Source: Pseudomonadota bacterium (GTDB taxonomy: Archaea > Thermoplasmatota > SW-10-69-26 > JACQPN01 > JAJPHT01). From it: a stretch of 64,000 nt of DNA. Numbering within the stretch: position 1 is the first letter of the stretch; each line of letters opens with the position of its first letter. Below are positions 27,908 to 35,528 of the stretch, one piece after another. The stretch is taken from assembly GCA_021325135.1 (NCBI GenBank), contig JAJPHT010000026.1, positions 32,001 through 96,000 on the forward strand, written 5' to 3'. The notes under the pieces were generated by a model. The model was not told where the DNA came from. It saw only the letters and a program-made list of their open reading frames with translations, and ran no database searches. Both the position numbers and the translations under genes were made by a program.

Positions 27908-28276
27908 TCACTCGGGGTGGAGGGGGCGCTGAAAGATCTCCACCATGGGCCACGCGGCGAGGCGCCAGAACGTCCAGCCCCCCACCTCCTCGGGCACCAC
28001 GATGCGGGCCGATTCCAGGACGCGCAGGTGATGGGACAGGGTGGAGGACGCGATGCCCAGCGCCGCCTCGATCTCCGTCGTCGCCAGGGCGCCGTGCCTC
28101 CGGAGAAGCTCGCCCACGAGGAACCGGTTGGGGTCGCCCAGGGCGCGGAACATGGCGAGGCGCAGCTGCGCGAAGTCGTCGGCCGCCACCTCGAGCGCCG
28201 CCGCGGCGGGGTCGGGCAGGCGGGCGCCCCCGGCGTCGCGCAGGCGGGCATAGCGGCCAGAAAGGGGGGCGGGCAT
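27908..28276 (-). CDS. ArsR/SmtB-family transcriptional regulator
   Basis: FRALGDPNR...EIEAALGIASSTLSHHLRVLESARIV....G.W.FWRL. Confidence 0.85.
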   Translation of the reverse strand: MPAPLSGRYARLRDAGGARLPDPAAAALEVAADDFAQLRLAMFRALGDPNRFLVGELLRRHGALATTEIEAALGIASSTLSHHLRVLESARIVVPEEVGGWTFWRLAAWPMVEIFQRPLHPE

Positions 28277-28375
28277 ATCTCGATGGCCATCGAGATGATG
28301 GGATAAAGCTCCGGCGGAAACGGTTATGTGGGGGCGGCGCTTTCGGCGGCCGTTCCCCCAACAGGAGGGGCCCCA

Positions 28376-29119
28376 ATGGCGAAGCAGAAGCGTGGCGCGC
28401 TCTACAAGCAGATCAAGTCCCACTCCAACACCCGCCGCGAGTACATGGGCGGCGTCCCCGGCTCGCGCATCACCCAGTTCGACCTCGGCGACAAGAACGG
28501 CAACTTCAACGTCAAGGTCAGCCTCGTCGCCGGCGAGCGCGTCCAGATCATCCACAACGCCCTCGAAGCCTGCCGCGTCGCCGCCAACCGCGTCCTCATG
28601 AAGAACTGCGGCAGCGCCGGCTACCACCTCAAGGTCCGCGTCTACCCCCACGAGGTCCTCCGCGAGAACAAGCAGGCCTCCGGCGCCGGCGCCGACCGCG
28701 TCTCCCAGGGCATGCGCCAGAGCTTCGGCAAGGCCATCGGCACCGCCGCCCGCGTCGAGGTCGGCCAGCCCATCATGACCGTCCGCGTCACCCCCGAGCG
28801 CTTCCAGTTCGTCAAGGAGGCCTTCCGCAAGGCCAACACCAAGCTCCCCATCCCCACCCGCCTCGTCATCGAAGAGGGCGAGGACGAGGTCAAGAAGTTC
28901 ATCGCCAGCGGCATCAAGGTCAAGGTCGTCGCCATCGGCAGCACCGGCGAGGCCGAGGCCAAGGCCGCCAAGGACGCCGCCAAGGCCGCCGCGGGCGCCG
29001 CCGCCGGCGCCGAAGGCGAGGCCAAGGAAGGCGACAAGAAGGAAGGCGACGCCAAGGCCGGCGACAAGAAGGCCGAGCCCGCCAAGGGCGCCGGCAAGCC
29101 CGCCGACAAGAAGAAGTGA
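28376..29119 (+). CDS. rpl10e: 50S ribosomal protein uL16 (archaeal L10e) with long Ala/Lys/Glu-rich tail
   Basis: TRREYMGGVPG, HNALEACR, YPHEVLRENK.ASGAGADRVSQGMRQSFGK; SD AGGAGG. Confidence 0.95.
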   Translation: MAKQKRGALYKQIKSHSNTRREYMGGVPGSRITQFDLGDKNGNFNVKVSLVAGERVQIIHNALEACRVAANRVLMKNCGSAGYHLKVRVYPHEVLRENKQASGAGADRVSQGMRQSFGKAIGTAARVEVGQPIMTVRVTPERFQFVKEAFRKANTKLPIPTRLVIEEGEDEVKKFIASGIKVKVVAIGSTGEAEAKAAKDAAKAAAGAAAGAEGEAKEGDKKEGDAKAGDKKAEPAKGAGKPADKKK

Positions 29120-29146
29120 ACCGGCCCCAGGGCCTGGCTTGCTTCT

Positions 29147-29190
29147 CGGGGGCGCCTTTTGGGCGCCTCCGGCTTTTTTCTTCGTTTTTT
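29147..29190 (+). terminator. Hairpin plus T-tract terminator of rpl10e
   Basis: CGGGGGCGCC-TTTTG-GGCGCCTCCG then TTTTTTCTTCGTTTTTT. Confidence 0.7.
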
Positions 29191-29208
29191 CGTGATGAGG
29201 AGTGTGAG

Positions 29209-29330
29209 CCAGGCGGCGCCAGGTGGGTACGGGCGTGCACGGCTGCGCCCGTCCGTGCACGCCCGTACCCGCCCGGTTCCACCCGTGCACGCCCGGCTCC
29301 ACCCGCCCCCGCCTGGCGGCACCTGGCGCC
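29209..29330. repeat. 10-bp periodic repeat tract with nested inverted repeats
   Basis: 18-bp perfect IR 29225-29242/29253-29270; 11-bp IR 29215-29225/29320-29330; decamer units gcccgtaccc, gcccggttcc, acccgtgcac, gcccggctcc. Confidence 0.7.
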
Positions 29331-29358
29331 AGCCGGGGACAGGTGCCCCCTCCCCTTT

Positions 29359-29375
29359 GTGACGTCCCACGTCAC
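29359..29375. promoter_or_regulatory. Palindromic operator candidate GTGACGT-CCC-ACGTCAC
   Basis: Perfect 7-3-7 dyad about 15 nt upstream of the putative TATA of the HTH-ppsA unit. Confidence 0.5.
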
Positions 29376-29419
29376 GTCCAGTCGACACCCTTTTGCGCAC
29401 GCCGGCCTGAGCCCCCCGC

Positions 29420-29848
29420 ATCACCCACGACCTCTTCCTCCCCTCCGACCTGCGCGGGTTCCAGCAGGAGCTTGCCGGCCGGCTCGCGACGCTGGACCAG
29501 CCGGGGGGCGAGGTGAAGGCGCTGCGGGAGCGCTACGGGTTCACACAGGACGTCCTGGCGCGGCTGCTGGGGCTGCGGCGGGAGAGCCTGTCGCGCATCG
29601 AGTCCGGCCGCGTCGCGCTCACGCTGCCGGTGCTGCAGCGGTTCGTCCGGGTGGTGACGCTGGCGCGGGGCGTGCGCGAGCACCTGGCCTACGCGGAGGC
29701 GCGGGGGAACATCCCCGACGAGCGCCGCCTGGACGTGCTCGCGCAGTCGCTCCGCATCGAGAAGGATGCGGCCGACGAGGTCGTGCTGCTCTCGATGATG
29801 GCGTACGACAAGAAGCGCAAGGACACTCTCACGCAGTCTCTCCGGTGA
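29420..29848 (+). CDS. XRE/Cro-type HTH regulator; probable non-canonical ATC start (first canonical start is GTG at 29513)
   Basis: VKALRERYGFTQDVLARLLGLRRESLSRIESGR; open frame upstream encodes ELAGRLATLDQPGGE, resembling the N-terminus of archaeal COG1709-like regulators. Confidence 0.7.
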   Translation: MTHDLFLPSDLRGFQQELAGRLATLDQPGGEVKALRERYGFTQDVLARLLGLRRESLSRIESGRVALTLPVLQRFVRVVTLARGVREHLAYAEARGNIPDERRLDVLAQSLRIEKDAADEVVLLSMMAYDKKRKDTLTQSLR

Positions 29849-29854
29849 TCTCAC

Positions 29855-32191
29855 ATGACCTCGAAGCCTACCTCGGAAGTCGTCTGGGCGCAGAACATCG
29901 GCAAGGATGATATCCCGCTCGTGGGCGGGAAGGGGGCGAACCTGGGCGAGATGATCGGCATCGGCCTTCCGGTGCCGCCCGCGTTCGTGGTGTCGGCGCC
30001 GGCGTTCCACCATTTCCTGGTGGAGTCGGGCGTCGCGGAGAAGGTGTTCGGCGACCTGGCGCGGCTCGACGTGGAGGACAGCAAGGCGCTGCGCGAGGCC
30101 AGCGAGCGGGCGCGGGAGCTGGTGCTCAAGGCGAAGCTGCCGCCCGCGCTGGAGCGGCAGATCCGCGACGCGTACCGCTCCCTGGCGAAGTCCGAGGGGG
30201 GGAAGGACCCGCTGGTGGCGGTGAGGAGCAGCGCGACGGCGGAGGACCTGCCGGAGGCAAGCTTCGCGGGCCAGCAGGACACGTACCTCAACGTGCGCGG
30301 CGAGGATGCCCTGCTGGAGCACGTGCAGCGCTGCTGGGCGTCGCTCTACACGCCGCGGGCGGTCTACTACCGCGTGAAGCACAAGTTCCCCCACGAGAAG
30401 GTGGCCATCGCGGTGGTGGTGCAGATCATGGTCGACGCGGCCAAGGCGGGCGTCATGTTCACGCGGCACCCCACGACGGGCGCGGACAGCACGCTCATCG
30501 AGGCGGCGTGGGGGCTGGGCGAGGGGGTCGTGAGCGGCAACGTCACGCCCGACACCTACGAGGTGGGCGCGGACGGGAAGCCCACGAGCGTGCGCGTCGC
30601 GTCCAAGGAGACGATGTACGTGCGCGGCAAGCAGGACCGGACGGTGGTCGAGGCCGTGCCGGGCAACAAGAAGCAGGCGCGCGTGCTCTCGGACGAGGAG
30701 CTCAAGCAGCTCCACAACCTGGGCCGCGCCATCGAGAAGCACTACGGAAGCCCGCAGGACATCGAGTGGGCGATGTCGCAGGAGGGCGTCCTCAACGTCC
30801 TCCAGGCGCGCCCCATCACGACGCTCAAGGGCAAGCCGGGCGGCTCCGCGGCGGCTCCGCAGGCGGCGGGCTCGGGGGCGGCTTTGCTATCAGGCCTCGG
30901 CGCGAGCCCGGGCGTCGCGGTGGGCAAGGTGGCCATCATCGCCAACGTCGAGCAATTGGAGAAGTGCAAGCCCGGCGACATCCTCGTGACGCAGATGACG
31001 ATGCCCGACATGGTCCCGGCGATGAAGCGCGCGGCGGCCATCGTCACCGACGAGGGCGGGATGACGTGCCACGCGGCCATCGTGTCGCGCGAGCTTGGCG
31101 TGCCCGCGGTGGTGGGCACGAAGCAGGCCACGAAGCGGCTCAAGGACGGCATGGTGATCACGGTGGACGGCGAGAAGGGCACCGTGACCGAGGGCGGCGC
31201 GCCCGCGCAGAAGGCGGGCGAGGCGGGCGCGATGCCGGAGCGCCCCATGCCCAAGGTGGGCGCCTCGAAGCCCGTGACCGCGACGCAGGTGAAGGTCAAC
31301 ATCAGCATGCCCGAGGCCATCGATCGCGCCCTCGCCACGGACCCGGACGGCGTGGGTCTGCTGCGCATCGAGCACATCGTCCTGGGCCTGGGCAAGCACC
31401 CCCTCACGTTCATCCGCGGCGGCAAGGAGCAGGAGTACGTCGACTACCTCGTGAAGAGCATCAAGACCGTCGCGGAGCCCATGTACCCGCGCTCCGTCTG
31501 GGTGCGCACGCTGGATGCGCCCACCGACGAGTTCCGCCAGATGGAGGGCGGCGAGGGCGAGCCCCACGAGCACAACCCCATGCTGGGCTGGCGCGGCATC
31601 CGGCGCGGCCTGGAGCAGCCGGAGCTTCTGCGCGCGGAGCTGAAGGCCATCCGCAAGCTCCTCGACCAGGGCGTCACCAACGTGGGGATCATGCTGCCCC
31701 TCGTGCAGCACCCCCACGAGATCCGCCAGGCGAAGCAGATCGCGCGGGAGTGCGGCATCGAGCCCCACAAGGACTGCGAGTTCGGGATCATGATCGAGAT
31801 CCCCGCGGCGGCGCTGGTCATCGACTCGCTCCTGGACGAGGGGCTCGACTTCGTGAGCTTCGGCACCAACGACCTCACGCAGTACACGCTGGCGGTGGAC
31901 CGTAACAACGAGAACGTGGCGCGGCTCTACAACGAGTTCCACCCCGCGGTGGGCAAGCTCATCGAGATGAGCATCAAGGCGGCCCGCGCGCGCGGCGTGC
32001 AGACCAGCATCTGCGGCCAGGCCGGGAGCAACCCCAAGTTCGTGGAGAAGCTCGTCGCGTGGGGCATCACCAGCGTCAGCGCCAACATCGACGCGCTGGC
32101 GCGGGTGCGCGAGACCATCGCGAGGACCGAGCAGCGCATGCTCCTCGACGCGGCGCGGTCCAAGGGGGGTTCGGGGGGCGCAGCCCCCTGA
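29855..32191 (+). CDS. ppsA: Phosphoenolpyruvate synthase (pyruvate,water dikinase)
   Basis: VGGKGANLGEM, VAVRSSATAEDLPEASFAGQQDTYLN, TCHAAIVSRELG, NPMLGWRG, SFGTNDLTQYTLAVDR. Confidence 0.95.
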   Translation: MTSKPTSEVVWAQNIGKDDIPLVGGKGANLGEMIGIGLPVPPAFVVSAPAFHHFLVESGVAEKVFGDLARLDVEDSKALREASERARELVLKAKLPPALERQIRDAYRSLAKSEGGKDPLVAVRSSATAEDLPEASFAGQQDTYLNVRGEDALLEHVQRCWASLYTPRAVYYRVKHKFPHEKVAIAVVVQIMVDAAKAGVMFTRHPTTGADSTLIEAAWGLGEGVVSGNVTPDTYEVGADGKPTSVRVASKETMYVRGKQDRTVVEAVPGNKKQARVLSDEELKQLHNLGRAIEKHYGSPQDIEWAMSQEGVLNVLQARPITTLKGKPGGSAAAPQAAGSGAALLSGLGASPGVAVGKVAIIANVEQLEKCKPGDILVTQMTMPDMVPAMKRAAAIVTDEGGMTCHAAIVSRELGVPAVVGTKQATKRLKDGMVITVDGEKGTVTEGGAPAQKAGEAGAMPERPMPKVGASKPVTATQVKVNISMPEAIDRALATDPDGVGLLRIEHIVLGLGKHPLTFIRGGKEQEYVDYLVKSIKTVAEPMYPRSVWVRTLDAPTDEFRQMEGGEGEPHEHNPMLGWRGIRRGLEQPELLRAELKAIRKLLDQGVTNVGIMLPLVQHPHEIRQAKQIARECGIEPHKDCEFGIMIEIPAAALVIDSLLDEGLDFVSFGTNDLTQYTLAVDRNNENVARLYNEFHPAVGKLIEMSIKAARARGVQTSICGQAGSNPKFVEKLVAWGITSVSANIDALARVRETIARTEQRMLLDAARSKGGSGGAAP

Positions 32192-32255
32192 CGTCTTGAT
32201 CGTCTGCTCGACCTGATATCACGTCAGGGGGCTTCGCCCCCCGAACCCCCCTTGG
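32160..32255. repeat. Palindromic REPIN/MITE-like element, copy 2, overlapping the ppsA stop codon
   Basis: CCAAGGGGGGTTCGGGGGGCGCAGCCCCCTGACGT - 26 nt - ACGTCAGGGGGCTTCGCCCCCCGAACCCCCCTTGG. Confidence 0.85.
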
Positions 32256-32280
32256 GTGCGCACGGCGAAGATGGCGGCTC

Positions 32281-32472
32281 CTACTCCGTCGCCGCGGTGA
32301 TCGCGCCCATGAGGAGGCACGCGATGGCGAGGACGGCGAGGAGCGCCGCGCCCGCGCCGCCCAGGAGGACGGCGCCCGCCATGCCCAGGACGCCCAGCGC
32401 CAGCAGGATCCACGTCACGATGCCAAGTTCCACGAAGGCCGGACGACGGGGCGAGGGATAAGGCTCGCTCAT
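32281..32472 (-). CDS. Small two-TM protein (63 aa)
   Basis: ATG overlaps the stop of 32469-32801; two hydrophobic helices. Confidence 0.55.
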   Translation of the reverse strand: MSEPYPSPRRPAFVELGIVTWILLALGVLGMAGAVLLGGAGAALLAVLAIACLLMGAITAATE

Positions 32473-32801
32473 CCGTCGCCGGGCGCGGCGGAGGCCTCGC
32501 CGTGGGGGCGCTTCGCGCGGTCCCACGCCTCGATCATCTCGAAGCCGTGCAAGCCCACGAGGCCCAGGGCGGAGGCGAGGCTCGCGACGCCCACGAAGAC
32601 GGCCCACGACGTGGACATGACGCCCGCGGCGGCGAAGCGCACCTGGAGGATGGTGATGACGACGAGGAAGACGGAGAGCGTCGCGAGGCGGAGCCACTCC
32701 AGGCGGCTGCGGCGCGCGAGCCCTTCGCGACGGCCGACGCGGAAGACCCCGTAGACCGCCCCCAGGAGGAGCGGGTACGCGAGGAGGGCGCCGCCAGCCA
32801 T
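32469..32801 (-). CDS. Small three-TM membrane protein
   Basis: Three hydrophobic segments; TGAATA box about 30 nt upstream. Confidence 0.6.
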   Translation of the reverse strand: MAGGALLAYPLLLGAVYGVFRVGRREGLARRSRLEWLRLATLSVFLVVITILQVRFAAAGVMSTSWAVFVGVASLASALGLVGLHGFEMIEAWDRAKRPHGEASAAPGDG

Positions 32802-32898
32802 GCCGGAGCCCTCTCCCAGGGCCCCTATTCATACCCTGCGGAGCGAGTCCCAGGCTCCTCCCGAAAGCCTCATCACGGCCCGCCGGGTCCGAGCGCCC

Positions 32899-33663
32899 AT
32901 GGCGACCATCGCCCCCGGGGACCTCGTGGCCCTGGCCGACGAGGAGGGGGGCCGCACCCTGGTGCGGGCGCAGGGGGGCGCGCAGAAGCTCCGCGGCGTG
33001 GGCATCCTGGCCGGCGAGCGCCTGGTGGGCCTCGCCTGGGGCGACGTGCTGACCCACGGCAGCAAGACGCTCCGCCTCCTCAAGCCTGGTGTCGCGGACC
33101 TCACCGCGGGGCTCGCGCGCAAGGCGCAGATCGTCCTCCCCAAGGACGCCAGCCGCATCCTCTTCGAGTGCGACGTGCGCGCCGGCAGCCGCGTCGTCGA
33201 GGCCGGCATCGGCAGCGGCGCGCTCACCACCGCGCTGGCCTGGGCCGTGGCGCCCACGGGGCGCGTCTTCACCTACGAGATCCGCCCCGACTTCATCGAC
33301 TGGGCGCGCCGCAACCTGGAGGAGAGCGGCCTCGCCCCCCTGGTGGAGGTCAAGGAGGGCGATATCACCAAGGGCGTCCAGGAGCGCGACGTCGACGCGG
33401 TCGTCCTCGACGTGCCCAACCCGTGGGACGCCGTCCCCGCCGCGCGCGAGGCCCTGCGGGGCGACGGCCACTTCTGCGCCTACAGCCCCCTCGTGTCGCA
33501 GGTGGAGCTGACGCACAAGGCGCTCCGCGAGCACGGCTTCCACGACCTGCGCACGCTGGAGATCATCGAGCGGCGCTGGACCGTGGGCGAGCGCGGCTCC
33601 CGCCCGGATCACGAGATGCTCGGGCACACGGCTTGGCTGACCTTCGCTCGGAAGGGCGTCTAG
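32899..33663 (+). CDS. trmI: tRNA (adenine-57/58-N1)-methyltransferase
   Basis: RKAQIVLPKD, VVEAGIGSGALT, YEIRPDF, LDVPNPW, RP.H.MLGHTA. Confidence 0.92.
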   Translation: MATIAPGDLVALADEEGGRTLVRAQGGAQKLRGVGILAGERLVGLAWGDVLTHGSKTLRLLKPGVADLTAGLARKAQIVLPKDASRILFECDVRAGSRVVEAGIGSGALTTALAWAVAPTGRVFTYEIRPDFIDWARRNLEESGLAPLVEVKEGDITKGVQERDVDAVVLDVPNPWDAVPAAREALRGDGHFCAYSPLVSQVELTHKALREHGFHDLRTLEIIERRWTVGERGSRPDHEMLGHTAWLTFARKGV

Positions 33664-33681
33664 GGAAATTTCCCTGGTCAA

Positions 33682-33781
33682 GGGTCCAAAGAACGCGATG
33701 AGCGCGAAGAGCGCCAAGGACGCGACGAAAGGAGACTTCGCGACCTTGGCGCTCTTCGCGCTCATCGCGTTCTCTGGACCC
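33682..33781. repeat. Long near-perfect inverted repeat made of 9-nt periodic units
   Basis: GGGTCCAAAGAACGCGATGAGCGCGAAGAGCGCCAAGG ... CCTTGGCGCTCTTCGCGCTCATCGCGTTCTCTGGACCC. Confidence 0.85.
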
Positions 33782-33865
33782 GCCGGTCGGGGGGCATCCC
33801 TGGCCACGCGGGACCCGGCTTTCTTATAGAGAGACCCGCATCCGCGCCCCATCCGAGGACTCCCC

Positions 33866-35323
33866 ATGGGACGCAAGCAGGAGAACTTCTCCGAGTGGTA
33901 CAACGAGCTGGTCGAGAAGGCCGACCTCATCGACAAGCGCTACCCCATCAAGGGCATGGACGTCTGGAGGCCCTACGGCCTCAGCATCATGCGCGCCATC
34001 GACCGCTACACCCACGAGGAGATGGCCCGCACCAGACACCAGGAGGTGCAGTTCCCCCTCTTCATCCCGCAGACGGAGTTCAACAAGGAGGCCGAGCAGA
34101 TCAAGGGCTTCGGCGGCGAGGTCTACTGGGTGACCAAGGGCGGCAACAACGACCTGGACGTCCCCCTGGTCGTGCGCCCCACCTCCGAGACGGCGATGTA
34201 CCCCATGTTCAGCCTGTGGGTGCGCTCGCACAAGGACCTGCCCCTCAAGGTCTACCAGATCGTCTCCGTGTTCCGCTACGAAACGAAGCAGACGCGCTCG
34301 TTCATCCGCGTGCGCGAGATCCACTTCTTCGAGGCGCACACCGCGCACGACACCTACGAGGACGCCGAACGGCAGATCCACGAGGACGTGCAGATCTGGG
34401 CGCGCCTCGCGGAGAGGCTCTGCCTGCCCTACGTGCTCAGCAAGAGGCCCGACTGGGACAAGTTCCCCGGCGCGCACTACTCGGTGGCCGCGGACGCCAT
34501 GCTCCCCGAGCTCAAGACGCTCCAGGTCGCGACGTTCCACCACTACAAGGACAACTTCGCGAAGGCCTACGACATCAAGTACGAGTCGCAGGACTCCACG
34601 CACGTCTTCGCGCACCAGACGACCTACGGCATGAGCGAGCGCCTGCTGGGCGCCATCATCAGCGTGCACGGCGACGACAAGGGCCTCATGCTGCCCCCCG
34701 CCGTCGCGCCGCACCAGGCCGTCATCGTCCCCATCCTGTTCAAGGGCAAGGAGGCCGGCGTCATGGACGCCGCGCGCCACCTGGCGAACCTCCTCCTCGC
34801 CGCGGGCTTCCGCGTCCACGTGGACGACCGCGAGGAGACGGCGGGCTTCAAGTTCAACGACTGGGAGATGCGCGGCGTGCCCGTCCGCATCGAGCTGGGC
34901 CCCAAGGACGTCGAGAAGGCCCAGTGCGTCATGGTGCGCCGCGACAACGGCCAGAAGAGCTTCGTCGCGCAGGCCGACGCCGCCAAGGGGCTCGCCGAGA
35001 CGCTGGCCTCCTACGCCGACGGCCTCGTGAGCCGGGCGTGGAAGACCATGACCGAGAACGTCCGCGACGTCAAGACCGCCGAGGAGGCCAAGACCGTCTC
35101 CGGCATCGCCCGCGCCGGCTGGTGCGGCAGCGACGAGTGCGGCCAGAAGATCCAGGCCGTCACCGAGAAGACCGTCCTGGGCGTGCCCCTGGACGTGGCC
35201 TTCCCCTCCTTCAAGGAGGAGGCCCACGGCAAGCTCGTCCTCCCGGGCAAGGGCTTCTCGGGCCACTGCGCGGCGTGCGGGAAGGCGACGACGACGCCGG
35301 TGCACATCGCGAAGACGTACTGA
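33866..35323 (+). CDS. proS: Prolyl-tRNA synthetase, archaeal/eukaryotic type
   Basis: FSEWY, RPTSET, WVRSHKDLP, FRYETKQTRSFIRVREI, GDDKGL.LPP, C-terminal Zn site WCG...C..C. Confidence 0.95.
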   Translation: MGRKQENFSEWYNELVEKADLIDKRYPIKGMDVWRPYGLSIMRAIDRYTHEEMARTRHQEVQFPLFIPQTEFNKEAEQIKGFGGEVYWVTKGGNNDLDVPLVVRPTSETAMYPMFSLWVRSHKDLPLKVYQIVSVFRYETKQTRSFIRVREIHFFEAHTAHDTYEDAERQIHEDVQIWARLAERLCLPYVLSKRPDWDKFPGAHYSVAADAMLPELKTLQVATFHHYKDNFAKAYDIKYESQDSTHVFAHQTTYGMSERLLGAIISVHGDDKGLMLPPAVAPHQAVIVPILFKGKEAGVMDAARHLANLLLAAGFRVHVDDREETAGFKFNDWEMRGVPVRIELGPKDVEKAQCVMVRRDNGQKSFVAQADAAKGLAETLASYADGLVSRAWKTMTENVRDVKTAEEAKTVSGIARAGWCGSDECGQKIQAVTEKTVLGVPLDVAFPSFKEEAHGKLVLPGKGFSGHCAACGKATTTPVHIAKTY

Positions 35324-35528
35324 GGCTTCTTGGGGTCGGGCCGACCCCTCCATCTGAAATCCCTCAGCGTAGCCGCTGTTCCGATGGAGTCTCGTTCACC
35401 GGAAGCGCACGATGCATAGACCCACCGGTTCCATCGGAACCAGCCGATGCATATAGCGCACCGGTCGCGGTTTCGACTTATTAGAACGCTTCCGCCGAAA
35501 ATGATATCGCCACCGCGCGCGTAGTAGG

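Noticed and set aside
29192-29199. Box C-like GTGATGA suggesting a C/D sRNA
   Set aside because: No box D (CTGA) within the expected ~50-60 nt
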